Shown here: positions 30,582-40,728 of the stretch, one piece after another
Layout: the number at the start of each line of letters is the position of its first letter
Position numbering within the stretch: position 1 is the first letter of the stretch
Assembly: GCA_965226795.1 (NCBI GenBank)
Contig: CBDDDZ010000005.1
Location: forward strand, 928,001 to 992,000
Length of the DNA: 64,000 nucleotides
From: Candidatus Latescibacterota bacterium
GTDB lineage: Bacteria > Latescibacterota > UBA2968 > GCA-2709665
Direction of reading: 5' to 3'
Translations under genes and position numbers: made by a program
Notes under the pieces: generated by a model
Seen by the model: the letters and a program-made list of their open reading frames with translations, nothing else
What the model was told of the DNA's origin: nothing
Database searches by the model: none

Positions 30582-30610
30582 AATCTAACGGGCGACGCGC
30601 GGCTTGTCAA
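30582..30610 (-). promoter_or_regulatory. Putative sigma70 promoter for the small membrane protein and GT2 genes
   Basis: Minus strand TTGACA-N17-TAGATT. Confidence 0.6.
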
Positions 30611-30754
30611 TTGATTCAGCCCGCACGCGGTTGCTCTCAGGCAGGTCGGGAGATTCGGTTCGCGGCTCCGAGATTGCAGACAATGTTGGGCGCTGTACGA
30701 AACCGCCTTGCGAACCTGCGCCCTGAATCGCGCGGGGTTTTTTTGCACGACCTG

Positions 30755-31978
30755 TCATTTTTGCGGGCCTTGACGCGGGGAACTGTCGGAAGTCGGTCGT
30801 CCCGTGAGGGTTTCAGGCACCAGGAACGCAAAGGTGCCGGCAGCGAGCAGGCCGAATCCTGCGATCGCAAAGGTGGCGGGGGAAAGGCCGAGCAGATCGG
30901 CGATGCCCCCAACCACGAGAGGCGCGCCCATATGGCCTGTATCGCCAACCAGGCGCCAGGCTCCCAGGAACTCGCCGATCGAATCCCTGGGCGCAAGGTC
31001 CGCGCCGAGCGTCATCATGGAACCGGAGCCAATGCCGTTGCCCAGGCCCAGGAGCGCGGTGGCCAGAAGCAGCCCCGCAAAGCTGTGGGTAAAGGGAATG
31101 GCCGCCATTGCGACTGCCTGGGTCAGGAAGCATGGTACCATCGCGAATTTTCTTCCGTACCGATCCATAATATGGCCGGCGGGATAGAAGAGAGACATGT
31201 CCACCAGCGCAGAAATGGTGATGATCCACCCGATGGCCTGAACGTCCAGACCGATCACGTCGGCGGCATATAGGGGCACGACGACGGGGCGTCCGGCTCG
31301 AATGGTCTGGGCAAAGAGTTGCCCCGATCCGGCGGTGGCAAGTTCCCGAAAATGCGATTTGAAAATTGTCAGCAGTCGTTTGATATGGCCGGCCCCGACG
31401 GCTGGCGCCACGCGCGCCGTTTCCGTTCCCAATGTCATCATGGTAATAAAAACGACTAGTGTGGCCAGGGCGGCAAACACAAGGAATGGGGTTTTAAGAC
31501 TGTAGAAGGCGCCGAACGCGCCGCCCGCAGCGGGACCCGCAAAGCTTCCGATCCGGTGAACGCCGCCGAAGATCGCAAGCGCCCTTCCTCGACGAAAAAG
31601 GGCGGTTGCGTCCGCCAGATAGGCGTGACAGGCGATGCTCCAGAGTGAACCACCAACGCCGGCGGCGAGACGGTAGAACATGACCTCGTAGATATCGTTT
31701 GCCCAGAACAGCATGAGATTGGAGACGGCAACGCAGCTCACGCCAAGAATCATGGCGGGTTTCCGCCCGACCCTGCCGAGCAGGATGGCAGCCGGTAAAG
31801 CGCCGATCAGCCTGCCGACGCCTTCGGCGGCAAGCACGACGCCCACAAGTCCGTACGACGCGCTGAAGGTTTTTGCGTAGAGCGGAAGGATGGGGATAAG
31901 CATTCCGCTGCCAAACATCAGCATCAGCGACGGAACGTAAACGGGCAGGACGAGTGAATTGCGTGTGGATCCGGTCAT
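30755..31978 (-). CDS. MFS transporter
   Basis: About 12 TM segments; motif-A-like LGRVGRK and MDRYGRK. Confidence 0.92.
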   Translation of the reverse strand: MTGSTRNSLVLPVYVPSLMLMFGSGMLIPILPLYAKTFSASYGLVGVVLAAEGVGRLIGALPAAILLGRVGRKPAMILGVSCVAVSNLMLFWANDIYEVMFYRLAAGVGGSLWSIACHAYLADATALFRRGRALAIFGGVHRIGSFAGPAAGGAFGAFYSLKTPFLVFAALATLVVFITMMTLGTETARVAPAVGAGHIKRLLTIFKSHFRELATAGSGQLFAQTIRAGRPVVVPLYAADVIGLDVQAIGWIITISALVDMSLFYPAGHIMDRYGRKFAMVPCFLTQAVAMAAIPFTHSFAGLLLATALLGLGNGIGSGSMMTLGADLAPRDSIGEFLGAWRLVGDTGHMGAPLVVGGIADLLGLSPATFAIAGFGLLAAGTFAFLVPETLTGRPTSDSSPRQGPQK

Positions 31979-32313
31979 GGGGTATGCCAGCGGTTGTTCG
32001 GGTGCCGAAGAAGGGAATGGTAAGCAGCGGATACGGTTTTGTCAAGCAATGCGGATCTGACCGAAGCGCGGGGACAATCAGAACTGGCTTGGCGCCGTGC
32101 GCAGGGACACGTCGTCAATGGACAGTTTTTCAGACCGTGAATTTGCCCCGGTGAGGTGAAGGTCGATCTGATCGGGTCGCGAAGAGTGCCGGAGTTCAAG
32201 CCGACTCCGGAAGACCCTGGCACCGGTGGACGGCAGGCGATTTTACCTGGCGGGGTGTTTGCCGCTGCATGCGGTTTCAGGGATGCGTTCATATCAGAAA
32301 GGTAGGATTCCCC

Positions 32314-33276
32314 ATGAAGATTGTTCTGTGCCCGCCGGTGAGCGAGGCGTTGTGCGAACAGGTGCGTCGAACCGCGCCCGGGGCGGAAGTGGTGATGTCG
32401 GCAATGGACGAAGCGCACGCGGTGGTTGTAGATGCAGACGTGATATTCGGTATGTATAACGAGGAAATCATCGGCGCAGCCAGGCGGGTGAAGTGGATTC
32501 AGACCACCAGCGCGGGAATGGATATGTTGCTGGATATTCCCGGCGTTCGGAAGGGCCGGTTCAGACTGAGCAACGCCAGCGGACTGCATGCGCTACAGGT
32601 GGCGGAACACGCGTGGGCGCTGACGTCGGCGCTGTTCCGTGGCCTGCAAGTGTCCATAAGGAATCAGCTTGCGCACAAATGGAAAGGTACGCCGATCCTG
32701 GATCTTTACGGGGCCACGGCGGGGATTGTCGGGTTCGGAGGAATCGGACGGCGGTATGCCCGGCTGGCGCGCGGATTCGATATGCGAATCGTCGCCGTGG
32801 ACGTCCAGCAATCCGACAGGCCGGATCACGTCGAGTCGCTCTGGGGAACCGATCGGCTGGACGATTTGCTGACGGCATCCGACGTGGTGTTTGTTGCCTG
32901 TCCCTACACGCCGCAGACAGACAGGCTGATCGATGCAGGTGCGTTCCGCTTGATGAAGAATTCCGCTTTCCTGGTCAATACCGCGCGGGGTCCGATTGTG
33001 GACGAGGCGGCGCTGGTGGACGCGCTCAGGTCCGGTGAAATTGCCGGAGCCGGATTGGATGTCTTCGAGACGGAGCCCTTGCCGGAGACCAGCCCGCTCT
33101 GGGAAATGGAGAACGTGATTATCACCACTCATGCGGCGGGCGCATCGAACTACCGCCCTCAACGCACGGTTGACTTTTTCTGCGAGAATCTGAAACGATT
33201 TTTGGCGGGGGCGCCGCTGTTGAACGAGACGGACCGGAATCTGGGATACCCCACGCTGGATAGACGTGTTGAGTGA
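32314..33276 (+). CDS. D-isomer-specific 2-hydroxyacid dehydrogenase
   Basis: GIVGFGGIG, LVNTARG, AGLDVFETEPLP, ITTHAAG. Confidence 0.93.
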   Translation: MKIVLCPPVSEALCEQVRRTAPGAEVVMSAMDEAHAVVVDADVIFGMYNEEIIGAARRVKWIQTTSAGMDMLLDIPGVRKGRFRLSNASGLHALQVAEHAWALTSALFRGLQVSIRNQLAHKWKGTPILDLYGATAGIVGFGGIGRRYARLARGFDMRIVAVDVQQSDRPDHVESLWGTDRLDDLLTASDVVFVACPYTPQTDRLIDAGAFRLMKNSAFLVNTARGPIVDEAALVDALRSGEIAGAGLDVFETEPLPETSPLWEMENVIITTHAAGASNYRPQRTVDFFCENLKRFLAGAPLLNETDRNLGYPTLDRRVE

Positions 33277-33439
33277 CGTTCGCCGGCCAATCGCGGAAAT
33301 TTCCGTACGTTCCGCGTCGTGGATGCGCGACAAGGTGGCAGGGCCAGACGGTCATCCGTGCCGTGATGTCGTGAGAGTGGCCGCTGCGGCGATGGGGACG
33401 GAATCCGGCGGCTGCAGGCAAATTTCGGAGAGATAGCTG

Positions 33440-34771
33440 ATGGCGGAAATCAGGGCGTTTCGTGGAATTCGGTACGCGACCGACAGGATAGGCAACGTTG
33501 AGGAGGTGGTCGCGCCCCCCTACGACGTGATTGACGGGTCGATGCAGCGGACGCTGTACGACTCGCACCCCAACAACATCGTGCGAATTATTCAGGGTGT
33601 GGAGAATGCAGGGGATTCGGCTGACGAGAATCGTTACACCCGCGCCGCGGAGACATATCGAAGCTGGCTTGAAAAAGGTGTCTTCGTCCGGGACCGGGAA
33701 GAGGGGATTTATCTCTACGCACAGGATTTCGATGTAAGTACCTCCGACGGGCCGAAGAATAAGACGAGGCTGGGGATTGTGGCGCTGGTGCGAGCAGATG
33801 CATTGGGAGAAGGCCCCATTTTGCCGCATGAGAATACCATGCCGGGTCCGAAGGCGGACCGGCTGGCGCTCATGCGGCACACCCGGGCGGCCTTTGGCCA
33901 GATTTTCTCGTTGTACTCCGACCCCAGGGGCCGCGTGCGAAATATCGTGTCGCCTGTCCTGGAGGACGCCCCGCTATTCGCGTTCACGGGAGGGGACGGT
34001 GTTGGACACAGGTTCTGGCGGGTAACGGATAAAGCCATGGTAGACAGCGTGGCCTGTACGCTTAAAGACAAGCCGTTCTTCATCGCGGACGGGCATCACC
34101 GATACGAAACCGCGGTGGTCTACCGGGATGAACGCGCGGCGGCCAATGGCGAGGATTGGCAAGGCAAGCCCTACGGGTACCGGATGCAGACCCTAGTGAA
34201 CATGGACGATACGGAGGGGATGGCCATCAACGCGATTCACCGGGTGGTTCTGGATCTGGGAGCCGGCGGAGTCGCAAGACTCATTGAGGGATTGGCGGAA
34301 CTGTTTGACGTGGAACGGGCGCCCCTCGGGGATACCGGATCGGTATTGCGGGAGTTGAAACGGCGCGGCGGCGGCCGGGCCGTTTTCGGATTCTGCCACG
34401 GAGCGTGTTCCGAAGTGCACTATTTGACGATGAAGAGAAGTGTGGATCCTTCGGACCTTGACGGCGGCGAACATTCGGAGGCGTGGCGTGCGCTGGACAC
34501 GGGGTTGCTGCAACTGGTTCTGGGAAAGGTGCTGGATCTCAATACGGAGACGCTGACCAGAGGCGAGAAGGTGAAGTTTGTTAAGGTCGAGCGCGAGGTG
34601 CTGGATCTGGTGAAGGCTGCGCCCGATCGGGCTGGTTTCTTTCTGATTCCCGTGGGCATGAACCGGTTGCGCAACGTTGTGCTGGCCGGGGAGCGAATGC
34701 CTCCCAAGTCCACGTTTTTTTATCCGAAAGTATATTCAGGAATGGTAATTCAGGATCTGGAGTCGTTTTAG
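33440..34771 (+). CDS. DUF1015 family protein
   Basis: IRAFRGIRY, APPYDVI, ILPHENT, IADGHHRYETA, MPPKSTFFYPK. Confidence 0.92.
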   Translation: MAEIRAFRGIRYATDRIGNVEEVVAPPYDVIDGSMQRTLYDSHPNNIVRIIQGVENAGDSADENRYTRAAETYRSWLEKGVFVRDREEGIYLYAQDFDVSTSDGPKNKTRLGIVALVRADALGEGPILPHENTMPGPKADRLALMRHTRAAFGQIFSLYSDPRGRVRNIVSPVLEDAPLFAFTGGDGVGHRFWRVTDKAMVDSVACTLKDKPFFIADGHHRYETAVVYRDERAAANGEDWQGKPYGYRMQTLVNMDDTEGMAINAIHRVVLDLGAGGVARLIEGLAELFDVERAPLGDTGSVLRELKRRGGGRAVFGFCHGACSEVHYLTMKRSVDPSDLDGGEHSEAWRALDTGLLQLVLGKVLDLNTETLTRGEKVKFVKVEREVLDLVKAAPDRAGFFLIPVGMNRLRNVVLAGERMPPKSTFFYPKVYSGMVIQDLESF

Positions 34772-34817
34772 CAGAAACAAACGGCACGCGAACACACGGA
34801 AATTCACACGAAAGACC

Positions 34818-34840
34818 GGGGCGCTATGCGCCCCTTTTTC
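34818..34840 (+). terminator. Intrinsic terminator after the DUF1015 gene
   Basis: GGGGCGC-TAT-GCGCCCC followed by TTTTT. Confidence 0.75.
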
Positions 34841-34900
34841 GAATCGGTCCCGGCGTGGATGTCAATGCGGCTCAGCGTGTCGGTGGCATCCGGCAGGCGA

Positions 34901-36084
34901 CTACAGGACCGGCAATTCCCCGGGAGCGGGCTCCGAGAGGATTTCGCAGCCGGTATCGGTCACGACGACGTCTTCTTCGAGCATGAAGTACGCGCCGCCC
35001 GTGTACAGAGAAGGTTCGACCGTGAGAACCATGCCTTCCTCCAGCAGGGCGTCGTCTTCGAGCTCGATGAAGGGGGGTTCGATAATGTCGAGGCCGATGG
35101 CATGCCCGATTCCGGTGACGCGCTGCGCCTGCTCCACGTAACCCGCCCTTTTCAGCGTTTCGATCGAAACACGAACCAGGGTCGAGATCGGAACGCCGGG
35201 TCGGATCGCGTCGTTTGCGGCTTGCAGACACTCGTAGACGGTCCTGTAGGCGTCTTTGTGTTTTTGTTCGGCCCGACCCAGCGCGAACATGCGGGTGTAG
35301 TCCGACCAATATCCGCGGTACACGCCGCCGGCGTCGTGGGCGATGAGTTCGCCTTCGGTCAGCGTACGGTCGGTGTGTCGGCGCAGGCTGCGGTTGCTGC
35401 TACGCGCGTCGCCGGGGATACAGGTGGCCAGCGTGATCGAACCGGGCGCGTCCATCCCTCGTTTCAGGTGCTCTACACAGAGCAGGCTGTATAGATCCCT
35501 TTCGGTCATACCGGGTTTGACGGTGTCGAAGAGGGTGCGATAGGCCTGGTTGGTGATTTGGACGGCTTTGCGAATATAGGCGATCTCGGCGCGGGACTTG
35601 GAGAACCGGGTCTTCCAGAGTAGCTGCGCGGCATCGGTGAATTGTACGCCGGGAAGATTGGCCTTTAGACGGCCGAAGTTGTCGTATGGCATGCGCGACC
35701 AGAGGACGCCGCCCAGCTCGGCGCCGATGCGGGCACCGCCGAGGCCAAGTTCGCGGATGACTTCGGTCAGAAGGGAGACCCCTGCCCTCACGCGGATGGG
35801 CGGTTGATACGTGCGCACGTGTTCGATCCAGGCGTCCTCCTCACACATTCCTGTTTCCAGTGGCGGACGATGAGGACCGGATCGCGTTCGAGTGGAAGCA
35901 GGGCGAATAGAGAGGTGAACTTGTGTCCCCAGCGATGGGTCCAGTGCCCGCTGAAGTAGCGATGGTTCGTGTCGGTGGTAATCAGGACGGCGTCCATACG
36001 GTTGCGTGACATGAGATCCCGAAGTTTGGCCAGGCGTCGTTCATATTCGTGGGCGTCGAAATCGGCGAACTCTCCGGTCAGCAT
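34901..36084 (-). pseudogene. Xaa-Pro peptidase/creatinase (M24) family gene split by a 1-nt frameshift near 35866 (pseudogene or sequencing error)
   Basis: The N-terminal creatinase-like domain (36084-35870) and the catalytic domain (HDAGG, SDYTR, GHAIGL, VEP, EED) are in different frames; one extra C restores IVPPLETGMCEE. Confidence 0.8.
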
Positions 36085-36222
36085 GACAGGAACCCTTTAC
36101 GGTAGGTTTTGAGACGAGACCGTTGGTAACAGGAAACGGGTGGCGTGCACGGGTACGCTGGCCGGGATGTGACTGCGATCCTGTTTTTTTTATGTCGGTA
36201 CTTGACGAACTGAGGTGACGCG

Positions 36223-37071
36223 ATGCCGTTGCAGGCCTTTATTCTGGTCATGATTTCCACCGTCATGCACGCCGCCTGGAATTTCGCGGTGCGAAAGGTA
36301 TCCGGAAACCTGGCGGTGCTCTGGGTGGGGATGTGGTTCGCGGTTGTTGCAAGCCTTCCAGCGGTTTGTTTTCTTTCCCTTCGGCTGGACGCGCTTGCGG
36401 CGGCCTGGCCCTTTATCGTGGCTACAGGATTGGCCCATTCCTTGTATTTCCTGATGCTGGCCAAAGCATACGAAGACGGCGAGATTTCGGTGGTATATCC
36501 GCTTGCGCGCGGCACCGGAGTGGGAGGAACGGCCCTAGCCGCGTGGATTATGATCGACGAGCGGCTTACGATCCCGGGAGTCATGGGCATCATAACCGTC
36601 TTGCTGGGCATTATTCTGCTCGGCGCCGGGGATGTGCGTTCTCGGAAGAATCGCCGGGCCATACCGTACGCGCTCATCGTAGGCGCAACGATCGCAGTCT
36701 ATTCCGTTGTGGACAAGCAGGGCGTATCGCTTATCCATCCCGTGCACTACGTCTTTTCACTGTTTATGATTCCGGGTGTGCTCCTGTCCCCGTACGTGCT
36801 CCTGCGGCACCGACCGGCGGTTGTCCAAACGTGGCGCGAACTGAAAGGATATGCGCTTTGGGCAGGGCCCGGTTCGATGGCGACGTATCTGATTGTCCTG
36901 TTCGCCATGCGCCTTGGCAAGGTCAGCTATATTCTTGCCGTCAGGGAGTTTTCGGTGGTCATCGGCGCCTTCCTGGGTATTCTCTTGCTGGGCGAACGAT
37001 TTCGATGGTATAAAGGCGTGGGAATTGGCGCTATTGTGCTGGGTCAGATGCTGGTCAAGTTTGGGGGATAG
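36223..37071 (+). CDS. EamA/DMT family transporter
   Basis: About 10 TM segments; HAAWNF, SVVYPLARG, YSVVDK, REFSVV. Confidence 0.9.
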   Translation: MPLQAFILVMISTVMHAAWNFAVRKVSGNLAVLWVGMWFAVVASLPAVCFLSLRLDALAAAWPFIVATGLAHSLYFLMLAKAYEDGEISVVYPLARGTGVGGTALAAWIMIDERLTIPGVMGIITVLLGIILLGAGDVRSRKNRRAIPYALIVGATIAVYSVVDKQGVSLIHPVHYVFSLFMIPGVLLSPYVLLRHRPAVVQTWRELKGYALWAGPGSMATYLIVLFAMRLGKVSYILAVREFSVVIGAFLGILLLGERFRWYKGVGIGAIVLGQMLVKFGG

Positions 37072-37328
37072 GTGACTGACGCGCAGCAAAGGACAGCCGG
37101 CAGCGGCCGATGTGATGTCAGATGGACGTTGTATCCGGAAGCCGGTTTCGTGTTTCAGGAGAAATCGACGCTCCAAGATAGACGCGTGCAAGGAGGGCGT
37201 CAAGCGTTTAATCCCGCTGCATGGATGCCGTGAGATCGGGAGATTTCTCTTTACAGGCCATCGGCCGTTCCGTATCATGTTGCGGCTGATTATGGCGATC
37301 AAACAACGCACGACGGCCGATCTGACCG

Positions 37329-39875
37329 ATGGTCGAATCCACTATGTCGAAAGAGGCAATATACGTCATTCCGTATTCACGGTTGACACTCTTCGGGTTG
37401 GGTGATAAAGAGGCGTGTCTGTCTCGCGGTGCGGAGATCATCGCGCAAGTCCTGCGCCTGTTGGCGGCCCGGGACGACTTCAGGTTCCTGATCGAGGATC
37501 TGGTCTGTCTTTACGCTTATCTCGAGGCGCATCCCGAGGCGGCGGAGCGGATCCGGGCCGCGGTTTCCGCGGGGCGCCTGGAGTTGGGGGCTGGCTGGAC
37601 CCAGATGGATCACCGGCTGTCCGCGGGCGAAGACCTGGTACGAAATCTTCTCTATGGAAAAGCCTTCGCCCGCGACGTGTTGGGCGCTGAACCGACGGTT
37701 GTAAATCTGGGTGACGGGACAGGTACGACTTCGCAATACGTTCAGGTTGCTCGCAAGTGCGGAATCGAGCAAGTCGTGCTGACGGGAATCGGGTGGAATC
37801 AAGACGTGTTATTCCGCTGGTTGGGGCCCGACGGTTCACAGGTGGTCTGTTGGAACGCAACCGGCGGCAGCCAGTTGCTCTGGGAAGCCGTTCGTGGAAC
37901 GCCGCAGTCCAGGCGGGCTCGAAACGCGGTGATTGACGGACAGCGTGAGAGGCACGAGGGGAGGCTGCCGCTTCACTGGGGCGCACTGATGGTTCAGCCG
38001 CGCGAAGCGGCTCTGGTGGAATTGGCGGAGTGGGCAGAGGCCGAAGCGGTCGATCTCGAACTGGGGACACCTTCGGATATTCTCCCGCGATCTCAGGCAA
38101 TTGAACAGCTGCAGTTGGTTTGCGAGCAGAATTCGCCGGCCGGATCGCATCTGGAGCCGGTATTTCCGGGAACCGCGTCTCTGAACGACCCTGCCGTCTG
38201 CGGGCTCATGCGGGCCGAGCAGATGTCGGCAATGGCGGAAACACTCTTCCCGTTTGCGTATCCCGGGACAGACCTGAAGGCGGCGTGGCTGCGGCAACTC
38301 GAGGCAACGTCGTACCGCTACGACGGCGCGGCGGCAAAGGAGGGGCTGGAGCGGAGGCGGAGCGATCAGCAGGCCGTCATCGCCACGGCGGTACGGATTG
38401 CACGCGAAGCTGAAAGGATGATTGCGGAACGCGTGATGCCCCGCGATGGACCGGTCGGCAGGTTGCCCATCGTCGTGTTCAATCCGCTTTCCTGGCCGCG
38501 CACCGACCTGGTCGAAGTACATATCACGTTTTACGGGGACGTGGAGGCGACCGATTTTTCCCGGTACGAAATATACAAACTGGTGGAAGCGTCCGGTCGC
38601 ACAGTGCCGTTCCAGGAACTGGCGGGCAGGCAGACGGAGACCGCCGAAGTACGTCTGATCTTCGCGGCGCGCGAGGTTCCGGCCAACGGATACGCCACCT
38701 ACTATCTTGTTCCCGGCGTTACGGAAACGCAGTCACTGGTGGGCATCCAGTCATCTGAAATGATGGCTCCGGGGCAGATGACGCCGGAATTTCCAGAGCC
38801 CTCGTTCGTTCTGGAAGATGTCGAAGACCACGTGTCCGAAGCATTCGGGAATGTGCGAATCGGCCGCCGCTTCAGGGCGGCTTTTGTCGGCCTCGAAGTA
38901 AACGAAATCACGGGATGGGTGCGCGTGTCGGACAGAAGCGCGGGCGTCTTGCTGGTTGACGGTATTCATCTCATCGGAAGAGAGGACGCGCTGACCGACG
39001 GATCCGCCGCCACCGGCAGGCGGTTCGAGATGGCGGTCGAACGCGTTGATCTTGAAGAAAGCGGCGAGGTGCGGGCAACGTTGCTGGTGGCCGGGAAACT
39101 GTTGTCGTCGCCCTGTGAGATCAGGTACCGGCTCTACGGAGAGATGGACCGGGTGGATGTGGACCTCCGGCTTCAATGGCGCGACCCGAAGCCGGTTCTG
39201 GTGCAAATGGTCTTCCCGGTCGCGGACGGCACAGTCCGGTATGGAATTCCACATGGACATCAGAGACTCGAGGCAGACGGTACTGAGGGAGATTCGCATG
39301 AAGTCCAGCGGGTCTGCCAGGGATGGGTGGCCGTGGATGGATCGCATGGCGGCTTTGTGCTCGCTTCGGACCGGAAGGCGTTCCAGTTCGGCGCCGGCGA
39401 AGTGCGCGGCGACGTTTTGCATTCCGGCCTCGATCCGGCATCGTATTCGTACAACGTCATCTGGCGCTCGTTTCCGGACGAGGTGAGGTGCAGGTACTCC
39501 CTCCGGGGATATCGGGGCGATTTCGCGCGGGGAAACGCGTTCCAGGACGGTTGGAACCTGCGCCAGCGGCTGCACGCCCGCGTCGTATATGACTCGGTTT
39601 CGGAGAAGTCATTGCCGGACCGATTGCAATTCCTTTTCCTCGACGGCCCTGGAATCGTATGCACAGCGATCAAGCGGGCCGAAGACGGCGAAGGACTGAT
39701 TTTGCGCGCGTACGAAACCGTGGGTAGATCCTGTGAAGCCAGGCTGGTTTCCTGCCGCGACGTCGTCTCGGTTCACGAAGCGGATCTGATGGAGCGCCGA
39801 GTGCGCGATCTGGATGGGGATACCATCGGGTTCGCCCCCTTTGAAATCAAGACCCTCCGGGTTTTACTGGGCTAA
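37329..39875 (+). CDS. GH38 (alpha-mannosidase)-like protein with degenerate metal-binding motifs; start at 37329 or 37344
   Basis: LELGAGW..D....GEDLVRN, FRWLGPDGS, VFNPLSWPR, VPANGY, KRAEDG..ILRAYE, FEIKTL; the N-terminal HxD motif is replaced by SRLT. Confidence 0.8.
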   Translation: MVESTMSKEAIYVIPYSRLTLFGLGDKEACLSRGAEIIAQVLRLLAARDDFRFLIEDLVCLYAYLEAHPEAAERIRAAVSAGRLELGAGWTQMDHRLSAGEDLVRNLLYGKAFARDVLGAEPTVVNLGDGTGTTSQYVQVARKCGIEQVVLTGIGWNQDVLFRWLGPDGSQVVCWNATGGSQLLWEAVRGTPQSRRARNAVIDGQRERHEGRLPLHWGALMVQPREAALVELAEWAEAEAVDLELGTPSDILPRSQAIEQLQLVCEQNSPAGSHLEPVFPGTASLNDPAVCGLMRAEQMSAMAETLFPFAYPGTDLKAAWLRQLEATSYRYDGAAAKEGLERRRSDQQAVIATAVRIAREAERMIAERVMPRDGPVGRLPIVVFNPLSWPRTDLVEVHITFYGDVEATDFSRYEIYKLVEASGRTVPFQELAGRQTETAEVRLIFAAREVPANGYATYYLVPGVTETQSLVGIQSSEMMAPGQMTPEFPEPSFVLEDVEDHVSEAFGNVRIGRRFRAAFVGLEVNEITGWVRVSDRSAGVLLVDGIHLIGREDALTDGSAATGRRFEMAVERVDLEESGEVRATLLVAGKLLSSPCEIRYRLYGEMDRVDVDLRLQWRDPKPVLVQMVFPVADGTVRYGIPHGHQRLEADGTEGDSHEVQRVCQGWVAVDGSHGGFVLASDRKAFQFGAGEVRGDVLHSGLDPASYSYNVIWRSFPDEVRCRYSLRGYRGDFARGNAFQDGWNLRQRLHARVVYDSVSEKSLPDRLQFLFLDGPGIVCTAIKRAEDGEGLILRAYETVGRSCEARLVSCRDVVSVHEADLMERRVRDLDGDTIGFAPFEIKTLRVLLG

Positions 39876-39999
39876 CGGCAGCCGCACCGGGGTCCGCCGG
39901 CTGCCCGATTCTCACCCGGCTGGGTGCAAGGCATTTTTCCTCGCGTGCTCCCTCTCCGGAACCAACGGGGCGCGCGATAACCGGGAGGAGGTGTCCCTT

Positions 40000-40728
40000 A
40001 TGGCGAGCATCGAGATACCAGTACGTTTTTATAAGGATTACCCCGGCGGTTACGATTACGGGTTTGAGGATCTGAGGTTGCCTTTTGAGCGCTGTTGTTT
40101 CCTGCTTGTGGATGTGGATGGCGGCTATTCATTCAAGGGTGAAAGCACGCCGCATCCGACAACGCGGGATTACATCGCGCCGGCCCTGGAGGCGGCACGG
40201 ACCGTGAAAATGAAAGTGGCTTATGTCCACAACGACCTGAGGCTGGTGGCCGATCCCGGTTGTGTGGCGGGTCAATTCTGGAGCAGGACCAAGGTACCCA
40301 ACGGTGACCTGATGGAAAGTTGGACCAAGAAACCGGACTATAAGCCGGTCTACGTGGATTGCGTGGCGCCCCGCCCCGGCGAGCCGAATTTCCCCAAGTG
40401 GATGTGGAGCGGATTTCGCGATACGTTTCTCAACCAGAGGCTGCGCTCCTGGGGCATAGAGAATCTGTTTGTGGTGGGCTACAGCCGGCGGGCATGTCTG
40501 CACTACACATGCGCGGAGGCGATGGGCCACAACTATAGGGTAATCCTCTTGCGTGACTGTTCCAATCCGCCGGGTGAGATTGAATTTCCCGATACGCTGG
40601 ACGCCAGCCTGCCCGAAGGCGGATGGGTGAATCGGATGATGCTTCGCCAGTTTGAGCACCTGATCGGGTTTACCACGACGTCTGCCGAATTCGTGGCCTC
40701 CTGTAAACAACTGGAGGGATCGACATGA
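40000..40728 (+). CDS. Isochorismatase-family cysteine hydrolase
   Basis: Catalytic triad D (LLVDVD), K (FPKWMWSGF), C (GYSRRAC); RBS GGAGGAGG. Confidence 0.85.
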   Translation: MASIEIPVRFYKDYPGGYDYGFEDLRLPFERCCFLLVDVDGGYSFKGESTPHPTTRDYIAPALEAARTVKMKVAYVHNDLRLVADPGCVAGQFWSRTKVPNGDLMESWTKKPDYKPVYVDCVAPRPGEPNFPKWMWSGFRDTFLNQRLRSWGIENLFVVGYSRRACLHYTCAEAMGHNYRVILLRDCSNPPGEIEFPDTLDASLPEGGWVNRMMLRQFEHLIGFTTTSAEFVASCKQLEGST

